DNA of 64,000 nucleotides from an uncultured Gemmatimonadales bacterium (lineage in GTDB: Bacteria > Gemmatimonadota > Gemmatimonadetes > Gemmatimonadales > Gemmatimonadaceae). Position 1 is the stretch's first letter. Each line of letters starts with the position of its first letter. Below are positions 9,986 to 20,568 of this stretch, piece after piece. The notes under the pieces were generated by a model. It worked only from the letters and a program-made list of their open reading frames with translations. It was not told the origin of the DNA and searched no databases. The stretch covers positions 3,104,001 to 3,168,000 of the forward strand of contig CAWKMU010000003.1 of NCBI GenBank assembly GCA_963850905.1, given 5' to 3'. Made by a program: the position numbers and the translations under genes.

Positions 9986-11362
9986 GATTCTTGCCGCGAT
10001 CCGCGAGTTGTCGAATTCGAAGCAGCTTGGCCGCAGTGAGTTGCACGGGCTGCTCGAGGACGGCATCAAGGCCGCGTTGGCTAAGAAGCACGGTCCCAAC
10101 GTGCAGGCCGAAGTCGCGATCGACGACGATCGTGGATCGATTGACATCCGCGTGCTGAAGACCGTCGTCGAGAACGTCGAGGATGCGAGCCGCGAAGTGT
10201 CGCTCGAGGAGGCACGCTACGAGGACTCCGAGTTCCAGGTCGGTGATACCATGGAGATCCCGATCGATTTTCAGGAATTCGGCCGCACTGCTGTGCAGGC
10301 AGCGAAGCAGCGAATCATCCAGCGCGTGCGCGAAGGGGAGCGCACCAAGATTCGCGACGAGTTCAGTGGACGCGTCGGCGAATTGCTCTCGGGTGAGATC
10401 CAGCAGATCGAGCGCGGCAAACTGGTTGTGATGCTCAACAAGTTCCGCGAGGCGGAAGCGATCATCCCGTACCGGGAGCAGAACCACCGCGAGCACTTTC
10501 ATCAGGGTGAGCCGATCCGGGCGGTCCTCAAGCGCGTCGAAGAGACCCCCAAGGGGCCACGATTGATCTTGAGCCGTGGCGATCCGCTCTTCGTGCAGGC
10601 GTTGTTCCGCCTCGAGGTGCCGGAGATCCAGCAGGGCATCGTCGAGATTCGCGCCTCGGCACGGGAGGTCGGTAGCCGGACCAAGATCGCCGTCGTCTCG
10701 CGCGACGACTCGATCGATCCGGTCGGAGCCTGCGTCGGCTTCAAGGGCTCGCGCGTGCAGGCCGTGGTGAACGAGTTCGGGGGAGAGCGGATCGACATCG
10801 TGCCGTGGTCGGCGGACCCCGAGCGGTTCGCGAAGCTCGCGCTCGCCCCTGCACGGGTGGCGCGCGTGTTCAGCGACCCGGCGACGAAGACGATCCAGGC
10901 CGTCGTCGACGAGGACCAGCTCTCGCTGGCCATCGGGCGCAATGGCCAGAACGTACGGCTCGCGTCGGAGTTGACGGGATGGAAGATCGACCTCTATTCG
11001 AGTCGCGAGTGGCTGGAGCGCGCGGGCGAAGCGCCGCTTGTTCGCGCCCCTGCCTGAAGAGACGCCGCGACGACGCGGCGGACGTGAAGCTGTCCGAGAT
11101 TCAGGGACTCGAGACGGCGACCGTGGCCGTCCTCGAGGAGGCCGGCTATCGCACGTTGAACGACGTGATCGATCTCGAGCGCGAGGATTTGCTTCGACTG
11201 CCGGGCATCGCGCCGGAGGAGGCCGATCGGATCATGGCCATCATCGACGAGTTGACCGAGGAGGGCTCGAGCGAGGAGGCGAGCGGGGGTGCTACCAGTG
11301 AAGGGGAGTCGACGGCCGGAGACGCCGCCGACCACGCACCCACTGGTGGCGCGGCCACGTGA
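9969..11362 (+). CDS. nusA: Transcription factor NusA (frameshifts near 11040-11070, probably sequencing error)
   Basis: FGRTAVQAAKQ, S1 and KH domains, AIGRNGQNVRLA; C-terminal HhH-like repeat (LLRLPGI) continues in the 10805..11362 frame. Confidence 0.92.
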
Positions 11363-11383
11363 CGCACGAGGGAGGCCGCAAAC

Positions 11384-11728
11384 GTGTTGGGCGCGGATGA
11401 GGGCGTGGACACAGTAGTCGAACGCCGACTCCTTCGGCTGGTGGGATTGGGAGTGCGGAGCCGCGGCGCCGTGGTCGGCGTGCAACAAGTGCGCGACGCG
11501 GCACTGCGCAATCGATTAGCCTTCGCGGTTGTGGCGCCCGATGCATCGCGTCACAGCCTCGACAAGGTGTTACCGTTGCTGGCAGCTCGGCGCATTCGCT
11601 GGGTCGCCGGACCGAGTGCCAGTGCGCTCGGCGCAGCGGTCGGACGGGACGCGGCGGCGGCTGTCGGTATCGTGGACCGGCAGCTGGCAAAGGGCATCCG
11701 CGCGTTGGTGGACGCGAGCTCCGAGTGA
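11384..11728 (+). CDS. Ribosomal protein L7Ae/YlxQ family RNA-binding protein
   Basis: LRLVGLGVRSRGAVVG, VVAPDAS, LGAAVGRD; lies between nusA and infB. Confidence 0.8.
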   Translation: MLGADEGVDTVVERRLLRLVGLGVRSRGAVVGVQQVRDAALRNRLAFAVVAPDASRHSLDKVLPLLAARRIRWVAGPSASALGAAVGRDAAAAVGIVDRQLAKGIRALVDASSE

Positions 11729-11745
11729 GCTCATCAGGAGGCGGC

Positions 11746-14602
11746 GTGAGTAAGCTTCGAGTGCACGACATGGCAGGCGAGTTCGGCATATCGGCCGATG
11801 AGGTCATGGGCCTCCTCCGCACGATGGATGTGCCGGTTCGCACCCATTTCAGCCCACTCACCGACGAGCAGGTCGCGCGCGTCCGCGCGCGCTGGGAGCG
11901 CGAGAAGCGCGCGCGGGTCGAAAAGCCCGCACCCGCGCCTCGGCGGCGCCGCGGCGCTGCGGCGCCCTCCGAAGCGCCGGCCGCCGCGCCCCTCGGCGGA
12001 TGGCGGGACCGTCGTGCGCCGTCGCCCGCGACCTCCCGAGCCGTCACCGGCCGAAGTCGCCGCCGCCGAAGCCGCCGAGATCGCGGCTGCCGAAGCGGCG
12101 CGCGCGGCTGCGGCGTCCAGCGCAGCAGCGTCTATCGCGGAAGCCAGTGCGCCCGCAGCGGCGTCCACGGGCGCCGGCGTTCGTCGACGCCCTGCCGAGC
12201 CCCGAGAGTTCGCCCCGCCGGTCGAGAGTGCCCCCGCGGCACCCATGCCCGGCATAGCGGCCAGCGCGGGAGCCGCGCCGGCCGCTGCTCATAGTGCGGC
12301 GCCAGCCGTCCAGGGCACGGCTGACACGATTGCCACTCCGGCTCCGTCGGTTTCGGCGAGTACCGCCGCGCCGATGTCGCCCGCCCCGACTCCCGCGCCC
12401 GAGGTACGACGACCGAGCCCACCGTCGGCGCCGTATCCCCGCCAGGCTGCCGACGACCGCCCGCGGCCCCGTCCCATCGTGCCCGGCGCGCCGCGACCGC
12501 GCCCAGTCGCCAGCGGCGCGCCCTTCTTGCCACCGCGGCCGGTCGCGTCCGCCGCCCCCGGTGCAGGGACGGCTCCGCCTCGGCGTGAGGAGAAGCGCCC
12601 GCAAGGCCGCCAGCGGCGGCGGACCACCGATGGGCGGCGGACGACGGAAGAAGGGCAAGCGCGGCGCGGTCGATCAGGAAGCGGTGTCCGCCAACATCAC
12701 GCGTACCATGAGCGCGCTGCGGACGGCCCCCGCTCGACGCCCGGGACGCCGCACGTTCGATGACGGGGTGGCACGCGAGGAACTCGAGGCGCAGCGCGCC
12801 GCAGAGGCGGAGCGTGAGCGCAAGACTGTCCGCGTGAACGAGTTCATCACGGTCAGCGAGCTCGCCGACATCCTCAAGATCCCGGCGACCCAGATCGTCG
12901 CGTTCGCCCTCAAGAACCTCGGGCTGATGGTCACGATCAATCAGCGTCTCGACTTCGACCAGATCGAGCTGATCGCTGGCGAGTACGGCTTCCAGGCGGT
13001 CCGCGAAGAGGAGTACGCGGCCGATACGCAGGTCGAGGTCGAGGTGGATGAGCCCGAGGCGCTCGTTCGCCGACCGCCGGTCGTCACGATCATGGGCCAC
13101 GTCGACCACGGGAAGACGTCGCTGCTCGACTACATCCGAAAGGCCAACGTCGTCGCGGGCGAGGCCGGCGGCATCACGCAGCACATCGGCGCATATCACG
13201 TCTCGCTGCCGAACGGCAAGCAGATCACCTTCCTCGACACGCCGGGCCACGAAGCCTTTACCGCCATGCGCGCACGCGGTGCCCAGGTCACGGACATCGT
13301 CGTGCTCGTCGTCGCCGCCGACGATCAGGTGATGCCGCAGACGGTCGAGGCGATTTCGCACGCCAGGAACGCGGGCGTGCCGATCATCGTCGCCATCAAC
13401 AAGATCGATCTGCCCGACTGCGAACGTCGCAGAAGGTCAAGCAGGACCTGCTGGCCCACGGCGTCGTGCTGGAGGAGTTCGGCGGTCAGACGCTGTCCAC
13501 GGAGATCTCCGCGAAGAAGGGGACGAACATCCAGCCGCTGCTCGACCAGATGCTGCTGCAGGCCGAAATCCTCGACCTCAAGGCCAATCCGACGCGACGA
13601 GCGACGGGCACGGTGATCGAGGCGCAGCTCGACCCGGGCAAGGGACCGGTCGCCACCGTCCTGGTCCAGAACGGCACGCTGCGTGTGGGCGACGACTTCA
13701 TTTGCGGCATGTACGCCGGTCGCGTCCGTGCGCTGCTCGACGAACGCGGCAAGGGCGTCAAGGAAGCGGGCCCGGCGATCCCGGTGCAGGTGCTCGGCAT
13801 GGAGAAAGTGCCGACAGCCGGCGACTCGCTGGTCGTCGTGGACGATGCGACCAATGCGCGCGAGACCGCGCAGAAGCGCGAGCGCCTCGATCGCGAAGCG
13901 CGGAATCGCCGCACGTCGCGCGCTGGTGTGACGCTCGAGGACTTCATGGCGCAAGCCGCGGCCGGCGAGCGACGCACGCTGCCCATTGTGATCAAGGCGG
14001 ATCAGGGCGGCCCGGCTGAAGCGCTGGCCGACGCGCTGGCGCCAGCTGTCGACGAGCGAGGTCGAGGTCCAGGTCATCCACCGCGGCGTCGGTGCGGTGA
14101 CCGAGAGCGACATCCTCCTCGCCAAGGCGTCGGGCGCGATCATCGTCGGGTTCCATGTGCGGCCCGACAACAACGCGCGTGCGGCCGCCGAGCGCGAAGG
14201 CGTCGAGATCAAGCTCTACCGCATCATCTACGAGGCGGTTGCCGATGTGCGGGCCGCGCTCGAGGGACTGCTGCGTCCCGAGCAGCGGGAGGTCGTCGAT
14301 GGCGACGCGGTGGTGCGCGAGCTGTTCAAGGTGGCGCGCGTCGGGCACGATCGCCGGCTGCCTCGTCCGCACCGGTGTCATCAATCGCGAAGGTCGCGTC
14401 CGCGTCATTCGCGACGGCACGCAGATCTACGACGGGCGCATCGGATCGCTGCGGCGCTTCAAGGACGACGTCAAGGAAGTGCGGCAGGGCTTCGAGTGCG
14501 GTATCGGGATCGAGAACTTCAATGACCTGAAGGTCAACGACATCATCGAGGCGTACCGCACCGAACAAGTCGCGCGCACGTCTCGCTTCGACTTCGAACT
14601 GA
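11746..14602 (+). CDS. infB: Translation initiation factor IF-2 (about six apparent frameshifts)
   Basis: [12 protein letters not shown]-domain; [21 protein letters not shown]-domain; [26 protein letters not shown]; pieces spread over several frames. Confidence 0.93.
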
Positions 14603-14616
14603 GGCACTGGCAGCAC

Positions 14617-15077
14617 ATGCCGCACGACACGCGTCGCTCGGATCGCGTGGCGGAGGCCATCCGCGAGGCGGTCGCGACGTTCCTCGCGGAAGGCGTCAAG
14701 GATCCGCGCATCACCGGGCTCGTGACGGTCACCGGCGCGCAGGCCAGTCGCGACCTGCGGCATGCGAAGGTGTTCGTCAGCGTCCTGGGCAGTGACGTCG
14801 AGCAGGGCCGCGACCCTCGAAGGGCTGCGCAGCCTGGCTGGCTACCTTCGGCCGCACCTCGGCCGGGAACTCCGGCTGCGCCTCGCCCCGGAGATCTCGT
14901 TTCAGCCTGGACGAGAGCATCGCGTATGCCGCGCGCATCGAGTCGCTGCTCGGCAGCGTGAAACCCAATGCGGCACCCGGCACGAAGGCGGAGTCTGGCG
15001 AAACGCCTCCGCCTTCAGGAGAAGGAGACGAGCCTCCCCCGCAACCCACATCCGGCGGCTCCGGTCCCGACGCGTGA
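14617..15077 (+). CDS. rbfA: Ribosome-binding factor A (frameshifts near 14805 and 14905)
   Basis: [39 protein letters not shown], then [14 protein letters not shown]. Confidence 0.88.
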
Positions 15078-15774
15078 CACCCGCGCGCGAAGGATTGTTG
15101 CTCGTCGACAAACCTGCCGGCCCAACCTCGCACGACGTGGTCGACGTCTGTCGACGCGCGTACGGCGAGCGCTCCGTCGGTCACCTCGGCACCTTCGACC
15201 CGTTCGCAACCGGGTTGCTGGTCCTGCTGTTCGGCCGCTCTACACGGCTCGCGGCGATTCATCCGCGCCGAGCCAAAGGTGTATCAGGCGACCGTGCGAT
15301 TTGGCACGGAAACGGACACCGACGACGTGACTGGAACCCCGGTTCGGACGGGCCCCATACCGTCCGCCGAGGCGATTCACGACGCCCTGGCGGACCTTAC
15401 GGGAGAGATTGAGCAGGTACCCCCGGCTTTTTCCGCGAAACACGTGCAAGGATCTGGCGGTCGTGCCTACACCGCGGCACGCCGAGGCACGCCCGCGGTA
15501 TTGGCACCCGCAACGGTTCGCGTCGATCGATGGGAGGTGCGGTCCATTCTCGACGATGTGGCTGAGTTCACCGTGACCTGCAGCACCGGGACGTACGTGC
15601 GGGCGTTGGCGAGAGATCTCGGTCGCGGCGCGGGGAGCGCTGCGCACCTGTCAGCCCTCCGCCGATGCGCCGTCGGGGATTTCAGGGTCGATGAGGCACA
15701 TACGTTGCGCGAGATTACAGCCACGGAAGGACCGCCTCCGTTGCGTGCACTCCGCGTGGTGGCCGAATGGTTGA
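15074..15774 (+). CDS. truB: tRNA pseudouridine(55) synthase (frameshifted; 3' end approximate)
   Basis: LLLVDKPAGPTSHDVV, GHLGTFDPFATG, QVPPAFSAK, CSTGTYVRALARDLG. Confidence 0.88.
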
Positions 15775-16734
15775 GCCGATCGAGCTGCCCCAGACCGTGG
15801 GGCTCCCATCCGACGTCCGTGGCACGGTTGTCACGGTCGGCACGTTCGACGGCGTGCACCGAGGGCATCAACAAGTCCTCGCGCGCGTCGCCGCGCGTGC
15901 GGCCGAAGCGGGTTGGCGGAGCCTGCTCGTCACCTTCGAGCCGCATCCCCTCGAGGTCGTGAACCCGGCGGCGGCCCGACCATTGTTGTCCGTGGGCATG
16001 GAGAAGTTCGAGGTCCTCGCGGAAAGCGGCATCGACTACTGTGCGGTCCTTCCATTTACGCCGACATTGGCTCTTTACGAGCCGGCGGAGTTCATCGACC
16101 ACGTGCTCCGCAAGCGGTTTCGCATGCGCGAGATGGTGAGCGGATACGACAACGGGTTCGGTCGTGGGCGGGCTGGCGACATCGAGACCATCCGCGCACT
16201 GGGCGCCAGGCGGGGCTTCCGAGTCGAGGTGGTCCCACCGACGACGCTCGACGACGGCCGTCCTGTGTCCTCGACCTCGATCCGCCGATCAATAGCGGGG
16301 GGCGACCTGCGTGCCGCCGAACAGGAGCTTGGACGGTTGTACTCCGTGAGCGGTATCGTCGTGCCCGGTGAGGGCCGCGGACGCTCGCTCGGCGTACCGA
16401 CTCTGAACATCCCGCTGCCGCCGCCCCGAAAGCTGCTTCCCCCGAGGGGGTCTACGCCGTCCGGGTACAGACACCGGCTGGCCCGCGCGGCGGCATGCTC
16501 AACCTCGGCCCCCGCCCGACCTTCGACGACCCGCGCGTGCTCCTCGAGGCCCATCTCTTTGATACAGAAGGAGATTTCTATGGGGCATACGTGCGCATCG
16601 AATTCGTGACGCGCCTGCGCGAGGTTCGCCGATTCCGAGACGCTACCGCACTGCAGCTGCAGCTCGGACACGACGCGGCGCAGGCGCGCCGCGCCTTGGC
16701 CGGGCGCGTTGACTCACTCCGCCGGACGGGGTAA
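15767..16734 (+). CDS. ribF: Bifunctional riboflavin kinase/FAD synthetase (frameshift near 16445)
   Basis: GTFDGVHRGHQ, VSSTSIR, GRGRSLGVPTLN, then NLGPRPTF...EAHLFD. Confidence 0.9.
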
Positions 16735-16737
16735 CCT
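16709..16737 (+). promoter_or_regulatory. Putative sigma70 promoter for secDF
   Basis: TTGACT-17 nt-TAACCT. Confidence 0.5.
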
Positions 16738-16840
16738 TCGTGGCTACGCGAAGTTGCGAAAACCAGGTGTGTCCCGCTGGCAGTAGGGGCCACCTTCACG
16801 TCGCCCGTTGTACCCGCTCCGGCATTTGCCGATTTCCAAC

Positions 16841-18565
16841 ATGAATCTCCGGTACCGATTGGTCATTATCGCGGCGCTCATCGCCGCGTCCATCTGGGCG
16901 CTTTTGCCGCGCACGGTCGTCGAGCGTGTCGACGCCGGTAACGGCGTCATCCGATTCGACACGGCCAAACAATTCCCCATCCGTGAAGGTCTCGATCTCA
17001 AGGGCGGCATGCACCTCACCCTCGAGATCAATCAATCCAAGGGGACCGTGGCCAATGTCGGCGACGCGATCGACCGGGCCATCAAGGTCATTCGCACCCG
17101 TATCGATCAATTCGGCGTGTCGGAGCCCGTGGTGCAGAAGGAGGGCACCGACCGCATCGTCGTCGAGTTGCCCGGGGTGCAGGATCAGCAGCGGGCGTAC
17201 GACATCGTCAAGGATGTTGCGTACCTCCAGATGCAGATCACTGACAAGACGCAGGCCCTCGAGAAGGTCGAGCCCCACATCGACGCGATCTTGAAGGGCA
17301 AGGGTTTCGGCGCGGCCGCGGCGACGGCGCCGGGCACGGCCGCCCCGACGAACCCAGGCGTCCAATCCCTATTCAGCCCTGCGCAGACTGATACGACGAA
17401 AAAGCCAGCAGACACGACGGCGGCGAAGAAGAAATTGGGGAAGGGCGCCAAGGCAGCTCCGGCCACCGACACGGCGCACCAGGACTCCACCAACCTTGGG
17501 GCACTTGGTGCAGGGCAGGGAACGTTTTCCCACCTCGTGCAACCCGGGAACATGCCCGGCGAGTACTACGTGGCGGAGACCGATGTCAACACCATCAAGA
17601 GCGCCCTGTCCCTACCGGATGTACAGGCGGCGCTCCCTCCCGGGAAAGTCATCCGGTGGTCCAACGATACGGCATCGATTTCTGGACGACCGTATCGCGC
17701 CCTGTACGTCCTGGATGCTCGGCCGATCATCACCGGCGAGTACATCATCAACGCGAACCCGCAAAGCGATCCGATCGAGGGGACGAAGGTCGACTTTCAA
17801 TTGAGCCGCGAAGGCGGCCGGCGGTTCGAGCTCGAGACGGCACGCCATATCAAGGATTACATGGCGATCGTGCTCGACAGTGTGGTCATGGGTCGGCCGC
17901 CAGTGATCGAAAGCGCGATCAGCACGAATGGCCAGATCACCATGGGCGGGCGCGACTTGCAGGCGGCGCAGGACTTGGCGCTCGTGCTTCGCGCCGGCGC
18001 GTTGCCGGTGCAGCTCAAGGTTGCCGAGGTGCGCCAGATTGGTCCCAGCCTCGGACAGGATTCTGTCAGGGATGGGATCCGCGCCGGGCTCATCGCCATC
18101 GCGCTGGTGGTGGTCATCATGGTTGTCTACTACCGCTTCTCTGGCATGCTCGCCGTTGGCGGTCTCGCGCTGTACGTCTTGTACACGCTCGCCGCGCTCG
18201 CGGGATTCGACGCGGTGCTCACGCTGCCAGGACTCGCGGGGTTCGTCCTTTCGATCGGTATCGCGGTCGACGCCAACGTGCTGATCTTCGAGCGCATACG
18301 CGAAGAGCTGGACCACGGCAAGACGCCGCGTCTGGCGATCGACGATGGCTTCCGCTTTGCCATGACGGCGATTGTCGACTCCAACGTGAGCACGGCACTG
18401 ACTGCCGCCGTCCTCTATACCTACGGCACTGGCCCGGTCAAGGGGTTTGCCGTCACACTCATCGCGGGCATTCTCGCTTCCATGGTGACCGCGATCTTCG
18501 TCGTTCGAACCTTCTACATGATCTGGCTCTCGCGCGTGCGAGCACCTCAGACCATCAGCATCTGA
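16841..18565 (+). CDS. secD: Protein translocase subunit SecD
   Basis: GLDLKGG, RIDQFGVSEP, LRAGALP, IGPSLG, AVDANVLIFERIREE, GTGPVKGFA. Confidence 0.96.
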   Translation: MNLRYRLVIIAALIAASIWALLPRTVVERVDAGNGVIRFDTAKQFPIREGLDLKGGMHLTLEINQSKGTVANVGDAIDRAIKVIRTRIDQFGVSEPVVQKEGTDRIVVELPGVQDQQRAYDIVKDVAYLQMQITDKTQALEKVEPHIDAILKGKGFGAAAATAPGTAAPTNPGVQSLFSPAQTDTTKKPADTTAAKKKLGKGAKAAPATDTAHQDSTNLGALGAGQGTFSHLVQPGNMPGEYYVAETDVNTIKSALSLPDVQAALPPGKVIRWSNDTASISGRPYRALYVLDARPIITGEYIINANPQSDPIEGTKVDFQLSREGGRRFELETARHIKDYMAIVLDSVVMGRPPVIESAISTNGQITMGGRDLQAAQDLALVLRAGALPVQLKVAEVRQIGPSLGQDSVRDGIRAGLIAIALVVVIMVVYYRFSGMLAVGGLALYVLYTLAALAGFDAVLTLPGLAGFVLSIGIAVDANVLIFERIREELDHGKTPRLAIDDGFRFAMTAIVDSNVSTALTAAVLYTYGTGPVKGFAVTLIAGILASMVTAIFVVRTFYMIWLSRVRAPQTISI

Positions 18566-18580
18566 CCGGGGCGTCGCCTC

Positions 18581-19618
18581 ATGCTTCGTATTTTTCATAA
18601 CACCACCTACGACTTCATCAAGCCATGGCGGATCATGGTGGTGATCACGGTCGCCTTCATTTCCGTCGGATTGATCCTGTTGGGGACAAGTAAGCTTCGG
18701 ACCGGAGCCGCGGTTCGATACAGCATCGACTTCACGGGTGGCACGAGCCTCCAGGTGCACTTCAACAAGCCGCCGGACGTCGGTGCACTCCGGTCGGCCC
18801 TCGATGCGGGTGGCGTGCACGACGCCAACATCCAGTCGTACGGCACGGACCGCGATTTCACTATCCGCGCGCAAGGTGCGGGCACGAACCCCAACGCTGA
18901 AGCGACCGCCGCCGGCGCGGAGGTGGTGGCGAATCAGATCAACACGATCTTCACGCAAAAGTTCGGGGCCGGGAATTTCCAGATCGTCCGCACCGATTCG
19001 GTTGGCCCGCGAGTTGGGAGTGAGCTAAGGCGCGGCGCGGTCGTCGCCATTCTGGTCTCCTTCCTCCTCACGCTGGGCTATCTCGCGGTCCGATTCGAGT
19101 GGCGGTTCGGTGTCGCGGCCGTCATTGCGACCGCGCACGACATCCTGACGACGCTCGCGTTCATCAAACTGCTCAACCTCGAAGTATCCCTCACGGTCGT
19201 GGCGGCCATCCTGACCGTGATCGGCTACTCGCTCAACGACACGATCGTCATCTTCGACCGCGTCCGTGAAGACCTCCGCAAGAAGCGGAGAGAGAGCCTC
19301 TACGACACGCTCAACCGGGCGATCAACGAGACCCTGCCACGATCGGTCATGACGCACGCGACCGCCTTCGCCGCGACGATGGCCTTGTTGCTCATCGCGG
19401 GTGAGGTGATTCGGCCGTTCGCCTGGGTCATGGCGTTCGGTATCGTCACGGGAACGTTCAGCTCCGTGTACGTGGCCGGCCCAGTCCTGCTGTGGATCGA
19501 GCGACGGTGGCCTCGCGAAACGAGCGGCCGGGAGCGCACGGGGAGCACGAAGTCGAAGTCGGCGACGCCCGCTTCGCCCGCGCCACGACCCGTTCGCGCC
19601 GCGTCCGTACGGCATTAA
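18581..19618 (+). CDS. secF: Protein translocase subunit SecF
   Basis: IDFTGG, VGPRVG, GYSLNDTIVIFDRVRE. Confidence 0.96.
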   Translation: MLRIFHNTTYDFIKPWRIMVVITVAFISVGLILLGTSKLRTGAAVRYSIDFTGGTSLQVHFNKPPDVGALRSALDAGGVHDANIQSYGTDRDFTIRAQGAGTNPNAEATAAGAEVVANQINTIFTQKFGAGNFQIVRTDSVGPRVGSELRRGAVVAILVSFLLTLGYLAVRFEWRFGVAAVIATAHDILTTLAFIKLLNLEVSLTVVAAILTVIGYSLNDTIVIFDRVREDLRKKRRESLYDTLNRAINETLPRSVMTHATAFAATMALLLIAGEVIRPFAWVMAFGIVTGTFSSVYVAGPVLLWIERRWPRETSGRERTGSTKSKSATPASPAPRPVRAASVRH

Positions 19619-19638
19619 GCGCGGGGGCTCCCGCACGG

Positions 19639-20424
19639 CTGTCGTTCTTCGACAGCCACGCCCACCTGGCCGACAGCGCGTTTGACGCCGATCGGGACCG
19701 CGTCGTCGACGCAGCTGTCGCAGCCGGGGCGGTCGGCCTGATCTGCATCGGCGAGTCCAGGCAGGCAGCGACGCGCGCTCGCACCCTGGCCGGTCGCTAT
19801 CCCTCGCTCGTCTCGAGCACGGCCGGCGTCCACCCTCACGACGCCGCCACGTACGACGCCAGCGCAGACCGCGAATGGATCCAGGCAGCGGTCGAGGGCG
19901 GAGCGGTCGCGATCGGTGAATGTGGACTGGACTACCACTACGACAACTCCCCGCGCGAGCGGCAACGCGCGGCGTTCGCCGATCAACTTGCCCTCGCAGC
20001 GGCCCTCGACCGTCCAGTCGTCGTCCATACGCGCGACGCCGAGCCGGACACACGCGCGCTGATCGAGGACGCGGCGCCACTCGGGGTGCGAGGGGTCTTG
20101 CACTGCTACACCGGCTCCATCGCCCTGGCAGAGGCGGCAATGGCGACCGGTTGGTACGTGTCCTTCAGTGGCATCGTGACGTTTGCCAAATGGAACGCCG
20201 ACGACGTCGTGCGCGCGATCCCGCGCGACCGGCTGCTGGTGGAAACCGATGCCCCCTACCTCGCGCCAGTACCGGTTCGCGGTCGGCGCAATGAGCCGCA
20301 GTTCGTCCCTCATATCGTGAGCCGTCTGGCGACGGTCCGTGGCGAGACGGCTACGGACTTGGCGTTGGCGACGACACAAAACGCACGGCGACTCTTTGGA
20401 CTGGCGACGGATGGGTCGCTCTAG
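19639..20424 (+). CDS. tatD: TatD family hydrolase (start codon uncertain)
   Basis: DSHAHL, GVHPHDA, AIGECGLDY, HTRDAE, LHCYTG, ETDAPYLAP. Confidence 0.88.
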   Translation: MSFFDSHAHLADSAFDADRDRVVDAAVAAGAVGLICIGESRQAATRARTLAGRYPSLVSSTAGVHPHDAATYDASADREWIQAAVEGGAVAIGECGLDYHYDNSPRERQRAAFADQLALAAALDRPVVVHTRDAEPDTRALIEDAAPLGVRGVLHCYTGSIALAEAAMATGWYVSFSGIVTFAKWNADDVVRAIPRDRLLVETDAPYLAPVPVRGRRNEPQFVPHIVSRLATVRGETATDLALATTQNARRLFGLATDGSL

Positions 20425-20568
20425 GTAAGATGCGCGACGCGCGGCCGCGCCAGTCCACCTGGGCTGCGCCAGCGCGCTGACGAATTACACGCCACGGGCC
20501 GTGTCCCGACACCGATCACCGGCCTTCGCCGGCGTCGAGCGGCGGCCTGCGGCCTCCGGGAGCATCAT

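Noticed and set aside
14155..14961. Apparent IF-2/RbfA fusion ORF
   Set aside because: Explained by an extra base near 14581; removing it restores a TGA at 14600, and rbfA has its own ATG at 14617.
20398..20568. ZMP/ZTP (pfl) or THF riboswitch upstream of fhs (GACTGGCG and CCTGGGC fragments present)
   Set aside because: The GACTGGCG lies inside tatD, upstream of the likely -10 box (TAAGAT, 20426); the GGGGAGC strand and CGCC pseudoknot loop are missing. Only generic GC hairpins are seen.
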